From assembly GCA_964252035.1 (NCBI GenBank), contig OZ176210.1: 64,000 nucleotides of DNA; one strand, written 5' to 3'. Below are positions 38,137-50,472 of this stretch, in pieces (within the stretch, counting starts at the first letter, position 1; the number at the start of each line of letters is the position of its first letter). Under the pieces are notes generated by a model that did no database searches, was not told the origin of the DNA, and saw nothing but the letters and a program-made list of their open reading frames with translations. The translations under genes were made by a program, and so were the position numbers. The stretch comes from Podarcis erhardii. Taxonomy: Eukaryota.

Positions 38137-38535
38137 AAAAAAACAAATGTTTCATAAGATTTGCAGAAAACTGAATTTTTGCCCAATGAAACATGTGCAC
38201 CCAACAGAAATTACAACAAAAATAGCCCGGCCCATGTGCTTTTGTAGCCTCAACAGTATGCCTCTAGGAATATCATTGTTGCTCTGTGGTCAACAATTAA
38301 TTTCCTAGTCACAGTAGTTTACTGAAATATTTATTCAGTACAGAAGTCTGAACTGCAAAATACTGTTAAACAATGGATGCAAGGAGAGAGCTAGTATGGG
38401 GAGAAAGGGGAAACAAGCCAATATCTATGTGTACAAACATTGCTTTTCCATTATGTTTTCAAAATAATGTTAGTAACAGGCAGAAAGACAAACAGAAGAC
38501 AAGCATACATATTTATAAATAATAAATAAAATTAC

Positions 38536-38553
38536 CACAGAACTGAGGTCACT
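38536..38553 (-). CDS. TRAPPC13: TRAPPC13 exon 8, 18-nt microexon (SDLSSV)
   Basis: cccattag|AGTGACCTCAGTTCTGTG|gtaatt encodes SDLSSV, the peptide between FYNAE and TDEVF in the recalled long human isoform. Phase 0/0. Confidence 0.93.
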
Positions 38554-39767
38554 CTAATGGGAAAATAAAAAAGAAAACATTAGAGAAATTAGGGTTAAAT
38601 GTTAAAGAAAAAAAGGAGGACAACTAAGTTTCAAATAAAATGCATCTTTTTGCATTTTTTTTGGTACTTTCTAAACAAGACAGCATTAGTAAGAGAGAAA
38701 TGTAAACTGGCAATAAAAATAAAAGGCTCACTATTAAGAAATCTTATTTCTAAATAAGACCATGTCAGCATATGGTATAATGAAGAAATAAATTATGTGA
38801 AATGGCAAACACAGGGAGTGCACAATGAACACAATGATAAACCAGTACATGCTCACAGAAGAAGTCCATTACTTGGCTGAATACTTCCATATGGGGGGAA
38901 AACTGAGGACCCGTTAATCTTACAAATATTCTCTTAATGCACAAAGTTTTAAATATGGGAAGGAAACCTGTTTACTGATGACTCTCGGGTTTTAAATTGA
39001 GCCAGTCTGCATATTAACTGCATGTATTTATACATCATCCTATAACAAAAGCTCCCATTGTAATTAACAAGCTACAAGAAAGTTGAAAGCACCATTGGAA
39101 AAGGACAAGTGCTAAAATGCACCTCCCAATGAATTGCCTTTCTTCAAAAGCTTAATTTGGTACCATAACAACCTTTACATTTATCAATCCCCCCACCCCC
39201 TTTATGCTAGGTATCTTTAAATATTGTTTGGCCAACAACTCAGAGAATTACCAACCCTATCACTGGCACAAGTGCACTTGCAGAGCATCTCTGTCAGAGG
39301 CACTGTGCCTTTAAGACCCAAAGGTCTTTCTATAATTCATCAAGTTGCACCTATCTCAGGATGAAGATGCAGTGATGGGGAAATCCGCACCCGCTGCATT
39401 ACTGTCACACAGACCTGTTAAGTATTTCTACTCTGGCATATCACCTAGTATTAGTTTACTTAACATCAATAATGTTAAGTAAGGTAGCTGCCTTTTTGAG
39501 TAAATCTGAACCACAAGTTTATCCAGTTGATAATGAAACAAATGTTTTTAAAATGGATTATAACTAAATATGCAGCCACATTTTCCCCAAATGGTGATGG
39601 CAATGACAAATGGATAGATTAAAGTGAGGAGGAGAGCAAGGTGTAGATTTGTACTCACCTGTTTTCCTCACCCTCGGCCAGGAAAGAGGGCAAGATCATT
39701 ATATTTTTCCAACGATGTAATAGCTAGGCAGCCATTTTCTATAGCTGGCATACAGAAATTTTATGCC

Positions 39768-39936
39768 AGAATCATAGAACTGTAGAGTTGGACGGGAAAC
39801 TGAGGGTTACCCAGTTCAACTCCCTGCAATGCAGGAATCTCAACTAAAGCATCCCTGAGAGAGGGCCGTCCAAGCTCTGCTTTAAAACCTCCAAGGAAGG
39901 AGAGTCCACCACTTTCTGATGGACTCTGTTCCACTG
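39768..39936 (-). mobile_element. CR1 LINE 3' end fragment
   Basis: agaatcatagaactgtagagttgg... (complement of the ttctatgattct tail), followed by aaaacctccaaggaaggagagtccaccac. Confidence 0.75.
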
Positions 39937-40438
39937 TTAGCATGCCCTTTGGGGTATTTTGTAGTTTCTTAGTAGCTTTTAACATACAACTTGGTTTATT
40001 ATTTTTTAAAAAAATAAAATACTGTAAGTACAGTTAAACAAATTCACTGCTTCACCTAGTTTTCAAACAATCGTTTTAGCTCTATTTTCCTAAGTTTATC
40101 TCCTCAGATTTTTGTCTTTTTCTATTTTGTGGCTATTCCAGCTAATAAAAAGTGCGTAAGTTCAAACTGCCAACACCTGTCAATTCTAAAAGACAAAAGA
40201 TTAATATTATGTAGAAAGGAATAATTTAAAAATGCTTTGCCAGGTGAGAAAGTTCTGTTTATTTGTCTGGGTTTAACAGAACAGATAATGAAATGGGCCT
40301 ATTAAATCTCAAATGGGAGATCTAGATCTATAATCCTGAAAAAGAACCACCATTTTAATTCCCAATATAACAAGTTTTCACTAAGAGCCTGTTCAGAATT
40401 TTGGACACCAAGCACTAAATACAATATTCTGCATTTAC

Positions 40439-40483
40439 CTCAGCATTGTAGAACTTTGTTTTCACATCTAGCGGTTTGAGGAC
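40439..40483 (-). CDS. TRAPPC13: TRAPPC13 exon 7
   Basis: VLKPLDVKTKFYNAE; aaacag|GTC ... GAG|gtaaat; 45 nt. Confidence 0.96.
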
Positions 40484-42083
40484 CTGTTTGAAAAAAGAAT
40501 AAATACTAAAGGGAGATTTATCAAACTCCTTCATCAACACTAAGTACTACCTGTTTCTGAGTAATTCAAAAGTAAAGTTATTAACTTGCGTCCATATAAG
40601 CAAACCCCAAAGTTTACTTCAGTGGAAGAACCCAGCTTACTCATCCCACTTTTTCTTTCCTATGTCTACAGACGCTTCCACATTTTGATCAGGTAAAAGG
40701 ATTTTACAGTAGCATGGCAAAAAACCTCTCCCACAAAAGTTATTTTTATACCAGAGTGTCATATAGGTCACGATCATACTCTTTAATATAATGATGCATT
40801 TCAAAATTAGCAGTTTTAATTTCCACAAGCTTTAATTAAGAAATGCTGCTCTTTCCCAGCTTCTGCTGTTGGAAGGAAGTCAGCCAGTGGCAAATAAGCT
40901 GCAAGCAATTACACTATCAATTGCTGGCTAAGCTTCCTAATTAAAGGAGCAAAGCATATCAATTATCAGGTGTTATATACACGACAAATAAATAAAATCT
41001 TTTCATTTGCATATCAGCGATTCTGACCCTGAAATCAAGACAAACTGCAAATAGACTTAAATTATTCTTATTAAATAATTTGTTTGCATGACACTTTAAT
41101 GCGTGAGTTTCACCTTTAAATCATAGTGAAGTATATGGAAATACTTGTGCATGTTACTAAAAACAGAGGTGCTTTGCTCCTTCCCTGCTCCTCCCGGAAA
41201 CAAGAGAGCAAGAGACGAGAGGAGCACCTGCAGTTTCAGAAGCAAGCAGTAGCAGAAATGTGGGACAGGCAGAAATTCAGCAGATGCCACTACCTTCATC
41301 TCTGCAAGTTCATGCTAGGAAAACTTCATGTCTTCATTTTTTGCTCATTATGTAGCTGTTAAAAGGCACAGGAACCCCACATCCTTATGATACCTGATTC
41401 CTCTATGTACAGACACCTCACTCCTCAGAAGGTATTTTCTGTAATGCTGTTCTGGGGTTTCTACCCTAAAAGCCAAACTTCCAAATCAAAACTCTTTACT
41501 TGATTTTTAAAGTTACCAGGACAGGACCCAGATAAGGTTCCCCACTTCTAAACTCCGTGAGGTATTGGCATCCCTGGTTTCTACAACTTTACCCATATCT
41601 ACCTACCTACCTACCATCATCCATTCATTCATTCTGGATTAATTCCAATCTGTCTCTGACTTGGCTTACAGACAACTTGGTAGATGACCTATGATAAGGA
41701 GTGGACTGACAGAGTATAGTGGACTGACAGAGTATAGAATCAGTGTCTACTGATTCTATTGACTTTCTGGGGTTCAGCCTGGAAGACATGGTGCTACGAT
41801 AGCTCTGGTCATTTCTAGAGGGATGGACCTAGAAGGTGCTGCTGGGGGGACTTCTGATTCACATTATGGTACTAGCCTCTCTTGCAACGCTGATGCGAAC
41901 TTGTACCGACAAACCCAACATTAAAAGAAACCTTAACAACAACTGCACCACCACCACCAAATTTGCCCCAGATAAATTCTGGGGAAAGTTGCAAGCATGG
42001 GCAGCATAGAAGAGACAGAGAGATAGACAAGGGTTAGATATCTTCATTCACAGTCAACACTGCCAGCTATGTCAGCTTAATAC

Positions 42084-42156
42084 CTGAAATTTGAAGAACT
42101 TTCTGAAGTACATCTTCTCACCTGTCTGTGTGGTGTAGCTTACCGCACACACTAAG
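42084..42156 (-). CDS. TRAPPC13: TRAPPC13 exon 6
   Basis: [24 protein letters not shown]; tttcag|C ... CAG|gtatta; 73 nt. Confidence 0.96.
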
Positions 42157-42578
42157 CTGAAAGAGACAAATGATTCAGTGGGGTTTAACTAGTTTTCAGT
42201 CTTGCTTGTGTTTTCAGGTTGGGAGAATGGGGAGAATGGAGAAATGGAGCAAATGATGCAAATTAGCAATTCATCTCCTTTGGCATTTTTTATTTTTTTT
42301 TACAGAATGGGAAAAACTAAATTAAGTTTACAGATGGTTTTAGACTAACAGAAACATTTCTGTTAATGCAAGGCACCATTCCCCCCGGGACCAATTGCAG
42401 CCCTCTGTGCCATATCCTATACTGTTCCAGGAGTTCCCCATAGCTTTCGAAAGGCTTTTTTGGAGTGTGGGAGACACATCGGGAAGGAGGGATTGGCAAC
42501 AAGCAGGTGTCCTGCCTTTGGCAAGCTACTGTTAGATACAACCCTATGAATTGTGGGTGGAAGTATAATGTGTCTTAC

Positions 42579-42706
42579 ATGTGCGTTCCTATTTCCTTTA
42601 CTTCATGGTGTATTACATCATCGATACAACAGTCTTGTTTGAGTTCTGCCACTGCAGCACTAGAGGCTGAAAGGTTTAAACGCTGTGAACTTGTCTGTAG
42701 ATCAGC
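42579..42706 (-). CDS. TRAPPC13: TRAPPC13 exon 5
   Basis: [42 protein letters not shown](I); ttccaag|GCT ... AT|gtaaga; 128 nt. Confidence 0.96.
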
Positions 42707-43149
42707 CTTGGAATTAAGAACAAAAAACTCTTCAATAAAAGAGAGGTTGAATTTTATTATTGAAAATAGTTTTTCATTGCTTTAACTGATTTTACATTCC
42801 ATCCTCCCCAAGGCATTCATTGAAAATCTGGGCACAGTCCACTGAGAAGATGTGATGCCCGAGCATCCCAAAAGCTAACATGTACTCGTAATGTTCTCTT
42901 GCACGATTGTGGTTGTGCAGTAGAACTTTCCGTTGGAATATACTTGTTAAGAAAAGTACAGAACAAACTTACTTTCAGACTGCCTCAAAAATATATAGCA
43001 AGCAAAAAGAATATGCCTTTATAATTTTCCCTGTTACCTTTAGATACACCCCTATTGTTTTTGTTCAAAGTTTCCTTCAACTAGAAAAACGTTAACTGAT
43101 TAATTACCTTAACAACACACTTAAAACTACTTGATAAGAACAAACATAC

Positions 43150-43234
43150 CTTTACCAAAATATCTTTTACCACTTGGTGACTGTCATTATGTACACTGAT
43201 GTAGCTGGAAAATGTCTCTCCTAAGAATATATTT
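43150..43234 (-). CDS. TRAPPC13: TRAPPC13 exon 4
   Basis: [28 protein letters not shown]; gaacag|A ... AAG|gtatgt; 85 nt. Confidence 0.96.
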
Positions 43235-44012
43235 CTGTTCAAGAAGGGAGGAGAAAAGAGAACTGTTAAAACCATTGCTTTGAATAAATCTCTAAAATCT
43301 ATTATTGCCACTTTTAACAACAGCATGGACTTCTGTTATCGTACCATTAAAGCCATATTTATAGAGTTCCATTTTTGCATCTTCTAGCATTGATGTTATT
43401 GCATGCACATGGCTAAAAGCCTCTGAAGACAATCTTGTGGTTTCAGTACTTAACATAGTGCCTAAGCACAGCACTATGTTGACAAGAACAAACAAAATGA
43501 AAATAAGTAAGCTAGTCTGAGCCAACTAAGGCACACAGCATGGATGTGTATATGAGTATGTTGTGTAGATTTTAAAAGGGAATTAGGCAGATTCGTGTGT
43601 GGAAGATAAGGATGACATGATGGCTATAGTGGGAAAGAATTATTGTCCTTACATTCTGCTTGCAGGCTTTCCATCTGATGGGTCACTGTGGGAAAGGGGA
43701 TAGTGGACTAGGTAGATTTAGTCAAAAGCAGAAGGGCTGTTCTTATATTCAAAATCAGGGTCTGGTAGTTGCTAGCTTTACTTTTAACTCACCACCTCTG
43801 TTTAACAGTAAATATCTCTTCATGCTTCATCCAATGACTGTTTACTCAGAGGTACCACTGATTCAAAGTTAGAAACCATAATAGATGGCTTCCTAACCCC
43901 GTAACGCAAGAGGCCCTTGGAAACAGTTTGTGGCAGGGGGAAATTAAGAATAATAATAGACTTTATCCATAGGAAGGACAAGGAAGATAGGCTTAGGCCA
44001 CAGTCCTAAGGG

Positions 44013-44266
44013 CAAGGGTCAGCAACCTATTTCAGCTGTGGGCCGGTCCACTGTCCCTCAGACCATGTGGTGGGCTGGATTATATTGTTGGGGTGGGGGA
44101 TGAACAAATTCCTATGCCCTCCAAATAACCCAGAGATGCATTTTAAATAAAAGCACACATTCTACTCATATAAAAAAACCACACTGATTCCCAGACCATC
44201 CGCAGGCCGGATTGAGTAGGCGATTGGGTCGCATCCGGCCCACAGACCTTAGGTTGCCTACCCCTG
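44013..44266. mobile_element. Non-autonomous hAT element, related to 14322-14770
   Basis: TIRs caagggtcagcaacct / aggttgcctacccctg; 8-bp TSD cctaaggg/cctaagag (1 mismatch). Shares the subterminal gaccatccgc.ggccggat motif. Confidence 0.85.
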
Positions 44267-44401
44267 CCTAAGAGCATTCTAAGTTGGAAGCAAGTACAAC
44301 TGAAACCACTGGTATTTACAGTATTAGGACAGTTCTGCACAGGACTAGAGATCATAAAACAATTATCTCAACAAATCTACACATCTATATACAATTCTTA
44401 C

Positions 44402-44501
44402 CCAAAATTCTGAGGCAAAGTCAACATTTCCCCAAGCATTAATGTTTCAGCTCCTTTTACTGTGGAAGGATCATCTTTCATTAACTGGTTAAACAGATCT
44501 C
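44402..44501 (-). CDS. TRAPPC13: TRAPPC13 exon 3
   Basis: [32 protein letters not shown](G); ctgcag|GA ... GG|gtaaga; 100 nt. Confidence 0.96.
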
Positions 44502-45562
44502 CTGCAGTAATATAAAATTATATGTCAGGTCAACTACCGTATATTGATATTTCTATATAAACTAATTAAATACTTTAATTGATTAGCCACTGGCTTTTAA
44601 CTTATTATAATATATTTTCATCTGAACATACGATTGAAAATACATGTGAAGTGGCATTCCTGTTAGAAGAAAAGGACATTTAATCTATTTGCCATACTAA
44701 ATGGCAGAGTTCTAAACAAGCACCTCTAAGCAGTTTTGTAATATGTATAAACAGCAGTTTAAACAGACTTTTTGTAGTTCCTTGAATTTTATTGTTTCTT
44801 TAAAAAAAAAACCAATAAAACATTCAACAGTAATTTATCTGCTATCTTTGGAAGGAAAAGCGACACAGACAGAAACTTCTTGGCAAACATTAGCTCTAGT
44901 TCTCATGAATTCTTGCAAGACCTGCTAGCTGAGATCTTCTGATTTTTGTTGTTGTTTTGAAAGGCTATCATTTCATGTCTCTCAGTTCTATGGGGTGTTA
45001 CAGGGAAAGCATTCCATGTGGGCATACATGGCAATAAATGAAGCAATGCCAAAAAAAAAGGAAAATAAATTTTAAGTTTCTGTACTCTGGTTTGAAAAAG
45101 AAGGGATCTGAAATGTCCATGTGCTCCGCATAGTGGTGAACATCAATCATTCCACATTACTGAGTTTTTAGCTTGCCAGGACTGTACTAACACACCCACA
45201 CTCCCACTAGGCTGATGACTGGGGACTTAGGATGGTGCATAAGTGCGTTCCTACTGGCCTCTGCCAATGGAGAGAAACATGCAATAACCTGTACATTGTT
45301 AGCAGAAAAGTTTCCTACAGAACCCAGGTTTCATGAAGTATCGCAATTGCACTGGTTCACACACAGGCAAACTACTGGTCACAATCCCCGAGCTTTAACT
45401 TAACTACAATATTTGACACTGGTGTTGTTCAGCAACACTCCACACATTCAAGTACAGTATTTTCAGGTATACACTGGCCTAACAACAAATCTAACAGCAG
45501 TGTGCCTCTATACGTAGATCTACCAGAGTTTGAGTATTATTTAACACCATAACAAATTTTAC

Positions 45563-45631
45563 CTGGCAAGTCTCTCTCTTCACAGGTCACAGGAATATTG
45601 GTGAACAAAGTAGGTTTGGTCAGCCTCATTA
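45563..45631 (-). CDS. TRAPPC13: TRAPPC13 exon 2
   Basis: (V)[22 protein letters not shown](G); tcacag|TA ... CAG|gtaaaa; 69 nt. Confidence 0.96.
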
Positions 45632-47120
45632 CTGTGAATTTAGAAAGCAAATTCCACATTAATCACACACCTCATCACCAGGACTTCACTAGAAGCTCAA
45701 CATATTTAACTTCAAAATAAGAACCATAAGACCTGTTTGGATATTACCTTGTCCCTGAAATTCTGCGCAAGTTTTATGTATTTTGTTTGTTTGTACTGAG
45801 CACAAGAAAAGGAGATGAAATTGGGCTTAATGTGAAAACAACTAAAAATGCAGGAGGTGTTCATTCACACCGATACTTGAGCAAAGACAAAAAGCATGCA
45901 TATCCATTTTTTAAAAATCCCACCAATAATATTTTTTAAGAAATGTTTTAGGATAATCATGGATAACTGCAAAAATCATTTTAACGAAACACAATACTCA
46001 TAACTGCCTTGATCCTTATCCAACCATGTTGAGAGTACCATTTGTAAGCAGTTGTTTGGTCCAAAGGATAGTTGACTCCCCCTAAGGCAGACTGGGGGGG
46101 CAGGGAGGTTTCCAGTCAACCAATGCTTTCCCCATTCATTCAAATGTAGATATTAAGGCTGGACCAGGGCCTACAAACTACCGATTGTAGACCCTCCAAG
46201 TGTCGCTATTTTCCAGGGACAGTCCTGGATTTACCAAAGCTGTTCTAATTTCTGATTTTATCCCAAAATGTCCTGCTTTTCCTTAGTATGTCCCAATTTT
46301 CATCAGAGATATATTGGAGGATATGGAGTTATCCAACCCCTGAAGATAGCCCTGTACAGGGAAGATTTTTAATGTTTAAAGTTTTATTATGTTTTTATAT
46401 ATGTTGGAAGCAGCCCACAGTTGCTGGCGTAACCCAGTCAGATGCTGAGGTATAAAAAGAAGAAGATAGAATAGGACATTCCTATTTTTATCGAAGAAAT
46501 GTTGGAGGGTATGTGATTGCAATAGAATTTGCTTACAAATGACCATGTTTAGATGGCATACATTTTCTAAGGGCTGCTAAGAACACAAAGAAGTCTTGCC
46601 TCTGTACAGAACATAATGGCCAGTAGGACAGCATTCTGCCCACTGCCGATGTGACTACAATCTATAGGAAGCAAAAATGTAGGCCAAACACACAAAAAGG
46701 GAAACAAATATATCAGCATGATGGACTTCATAAAATTAAAGTTTAGAAATTATTACTCCAACACAGCAGCCTTTCTTTTTATTGTTCATTAATTTTAGAC
46801 AAATCATTCCAAACAAATGTTTTTCCCTCTAATTTTCAATAAATCCATACTCTGAAAAAAGTCAATCCTCTAATCAAAGGGTACATATATAGAGAACATG
46901 ACTTACTATAGCTCAGAACCATGAGTTCTTTCTACGTGAGCAAAGAAATATACAAGGAGGGCTTCTAATTTAAATAAAATGGAAAATGCCCAAGATAAGC
47001 TAATTACTTCCCTTCTGCCCACCCCCCAATACCACAGATTTTTTTCAAAAACATTGTAAGGCAACAAAGTGTATTTAAAATATAACATTTCACAGAAAGT
47101 AGCAATGCCTTGTTATAAAG

Positions 47121-47861
47121 CTACAGACTATGTATGATTCCATATTTGTGAACAAACAAATTTATTTTCCCCAAAAGGTTTAATTTTTCTCTAAGGTTGT
47201 TGGCAACATATTCACAGTACAGTATATCACAGAAAACTGAAATCTGCCCTTCACATCTCTGGATCGTAGCATTACAAGATGGCAGTTCATTGTGTTTGAT
47301 CATCTTGTTGAGCTTTACCCAAATGTCCTCCAACGTTTGACTACCAAATGTAGATGGTTCTATTATCCACTGGGCTCTATAGAATGCATGGAGCTTTAAT
47401 TTGTCTAAAGTGCTCTGCAGTTCTCTAGATAAAGGAAGAATCTTGTCTTTGAGCTTGGTGTTGGGAAGAGACACACTCCAAGACCTTCTCAGCTTCTGCT
47501 TGCTGCTTGATGTTTGCTTTTCCAAATTGCTAAAATTGTTTCTTTCATGCTCAGCTTGCAAACACTTCCCAGCTTTTACATCAGGATCAAATTCCTTAAG
47601 CCCTGCAGTACAGTCATAAGATGGGGAGCAGCAAGCAGTTTCTGTGGCTGCAATATGTTGTTTCATTTGCTCTACTTCTTCACCAGAAATAACTGGAGCG
47701 ATTCTTTTAGGTTTGAGGGGAAGTTGGCGCAAGTCATTTGGAAACCAGGGTATGAAACTTGGGAGCTTCCTAACAGGAAATTCTTTCAGTGCCTCTTCTG
47801 CGATTCTTTGCAATGCTGCAGGGTCCCTTTGCCATGCTCGATAGTGCAGAATCACCTCCAT
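47121..47861 (-). CDS. SHLD3: Shieldin complex subunit 3 (RINN1), single coding exon nested in TRAPPC13 intron 1; 246 aa
   Basis: MEVILHYR...SFIPWFP...LPLKPKRIAP...RRSWSVSLP...NELPSCNATIQR...KINLFVHKYGIIHSL* aligns end to end with recalled human SHLD3, including the FxPWFP motif, the PxxxxP REV7-binding motif and the C-terminal eIF4E-like fold. The first ATG is 47861; the track ORF begins at a GTG. Probable exon acceptor ttttaag|T at 47938. Confidence 0.95.
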   Translation of the reverse strand: MEVILHYRAWQRDPAALQRIAEEALKEFPVRKLPSFIPWFPNDLRQLPLKPKRIAPVISGEEVEQMKQHIAATETACCSPSYDCTAGLKEFDPDVKAGKCLQAEHERNNFSNLEKQTSSSKQKLRRSWSVSLPNTKLKDKILPLSRELQSTLDKLKLHAFYRAQWIIEPSTFGSQTLEDIWVKLNKMIKHNELPSCNATIQRCEGQISVFCDILYCEYVANNLREKLNLLGKINLFVHKYGIIHSL

Positions 47862-48951
47862 GCTTGTATAACAGGAATCCACATGTTCTTATTTTAAATG
47901 TTTCTTGGACAGCAGCTTCATCACTAATGATATAATCACTTAAAAGAATCTTTTCATGCCATGTGCTGTGCAGTTCAGAAGAAAACAGGACCTAGAGCAG
48001 AAGTATTGCAAGTAATAAGACACGCTAGCAGTTTTCCCACTAAAGTTCACCATCATGTTGACGCAGTTATCGCTAGAAAATGTTGTAGTAAGTGTAATGG
48101 GCGGCAAACGTATGCAGTTGGAAACCCAAACCACAACAGCACCCCCTCGGACTTATAGTTTTTTTGTTTCTGTCAGACATCTGGGTTTGCTGCAACTGCT
48201 AATTCAAACCAGAATGCTACATAAGTTTCTCCAATACAGAAATTAAACAAGTGAGATGGCCCTACTGTAAGGGAGCTGTGATACACCACCAAATTTCTGA
48301 ACTTCTGTGAGTGCCAAACAACATGCTGTCTTAAACATATATCTCGGCATTGCACAACTGTTTCCTTCCAACTCTAAAGTGGCTTCCCAATTGTGGAATG
48401 CGCTCCCCTCACAGACTCAGCTGATGCCAACGCTGATCGGTTTTATGCATCGTGTAGACATCCCTATGAGCAAGCATTTTGCAGGACTGGATATGTTTTC
48501 TCATCCTCATGGTGTGATATAAATCAGATTTATTGTTGTACTGGTTTGCTTTTTCAGATTGTTTATTTTTATTGCTAAACAAATAAATAGCAGTCACAGA
48601 AGGGGGAGAATCAGGAACATGGGCTGCAGTTTGTGGGGGGGGGTTAACCCTTTTACTTCCACACTGTGGCCCTGATGACAATTTATTCACATACTGTTTG
48701 TCACAGGCAGGAAGCTTTCATGCAGTAGTAGTAGCTGTTGCTTAAGACTCCTAAGAAGAAGGAAGGATAGCAGAGTTGGAATGTTACTATAGTAGGATAA
48801 TAATTGAAAAAAGAGGAAGAGAAGCTGGGAGGACTGAAATTATTCATGTTCATGGTAACATCTGAAGTGTATGCATGCACATGGGGTCACAATTTTAGAC
48901 TGAATAGTGTTCCAAGTACTGTCTATGTTATTTGTGTTGTCACAGATGAAA

Positions 48952-49041
48952 CAAATTCCTTCCAGTAGCACCTTAAAGACCAACTAAGTCAGTTTTGTTT
49001 TGACTATGGCAGACCAACACGGCTACCTATCTGTAACTGAA
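48952..49041. mobile_element. Rearranged PLE terminal fragment lacking the hammerhead
   Basis: attccttccagtagcaccttaaagaccaac joined to an oppositely oriented ttttgactatggcagaccaacacggctacctatctg, same family as 5994-6242. Flanked by a 12-bp direct repeat tcacagatgaaa (48940-48951, 49042-49053). Confidence 0.8.
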
Positions 49042-50472
49042 TCACAGATGAAAGTTAGCCTTAGAAGCAGGAAGGCAAAAAATGTTTTAAAAGAGATTCC
49101 TGGAAGGATGCTCCAATGACAACCATTCTTCCACAAATCTGCATCTTTGGGTCCTTACTTTGAAGGTCCCCCTTTATTCTTGCTTGCTCTGCAATTCTTT
49201 AGAGCATCTACTCCACAGTGTGTATGTACTTTCTCTATTTAGTGTTCCTTGCTGGCAACTACAGAAATATATATTGCCATGAAATGCCTTTAAAGCATTT
49301 CTGCCTACAGAAGTGTATTGGGATTGTACTTTGTGATGCTCATACACTCCACTTCCCCATAAGGAAAATATTTCAAAAGAGTTGCCTTTTTCAACAACTC
49401 ATTATTTGTAAGAACTTGAGGGGATACTGGGACAGGAGATAGGAAGGGTTCTAATTTCAACAACTGCTTAGGTACTGGTCCCAATCAATGCACTCTCCAC
49501 ACATCCTTCACAGCTTTTCTGGTACTCTTAGTGGCCATTTTTTTCTCAGGAGAATGTTTCCATGTGGTAAACTCATACAACAGACATCAAGGAAGCAGGT
49601 GAGAACTAGTTCCATTAATCTTGTTCTTCCATCTGAGGTTGCAGAAATGGGTTTGGTTTTTTCCTAAATAGCTTGTGTTGTATTACAAAGAAAGGATATA
49701 TATTGGAAGGATTGATGGATTTCCTCTTTAGCAGCTGATTGTATCTAAGGCTTGACAGATTTTTATTTATTTTTTAGTTCAAGGAAATGTTCCATTTTCT
49801 GGGAGCTGACGAGAAGATAACAGGCACCCCCTTTTTCAAAGCTCACTCCCAGAGCAGCTGTATAATATTGCAGCCCCGCTTGCTTTAGAAATGTTTACAC
49901 ACCACCCATCTCTGAAAGCTTGTTCTGCAGCAACATTGTCCCTCTTGATTCATAGCTGGGCAAGCGCAAGAAAGGCCTGCCAACTGAAGATTTCGCAATG
50001 GATTTTGAGATGCAGTTCTTGCTTATACAAAACTGCACAAAAAACACCACCACCTTACCATTTCCTAGGGAAGCGATGATGTCCTTATCTTTTAAAAGAA
50101 ATCTGAAAACGTTGGGAGATTCCCCGTCCTGGGTGCACACTCTGGCTTGAACTAATGAGGCTGGATCTAGGGTCACTTTCCGAGCTCTTTATTCAACAAC
50201 GTGCCCTGGCAGGTGGAATAAGGAACCGACCTTTTGAAAAGGATAGCCGACTTCTTCTGCAAATTAGCTTTGGGCCACCAACCTGCCGATCCCTCCCAGG
50301 TTTAATTGCCTCAGACCCACCCGCTTTGGTCTCCTAAAAACAGCGGCCAAGGGAGCCGCCGCAGAACGGAAGCGGGGCTGGATTCTCTTCTTCTCGTCCC
50401 TTGCAGGATTTGCTTTTCAGCTGCTAAGCCCCAGGCCAAATCCGAAGGAGCGGAGGAAGCGAGAGCGATTAC

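Noticed and set aside
47862-47882. 7-aa N-terminal extension of SHLD3 (track ORF start 47882)
   Set aside because: That codon is GTG. Homology to human SHLD3 begins at the ATG at 47861.
47401-47897. Plus-strand ORFs (72, 127 and 66 aa) opposite SHLD3
   Set aside because: Antisense shadows of a real coding exon, with no independent homology.
48860-48885. atctgaagtgtatgcatgcacatg, resembling the hammerhead motif
   Set aside because: Lacks an intact CUGANGA, the GAAA and stem I; at best a decayed relic or coincidence.
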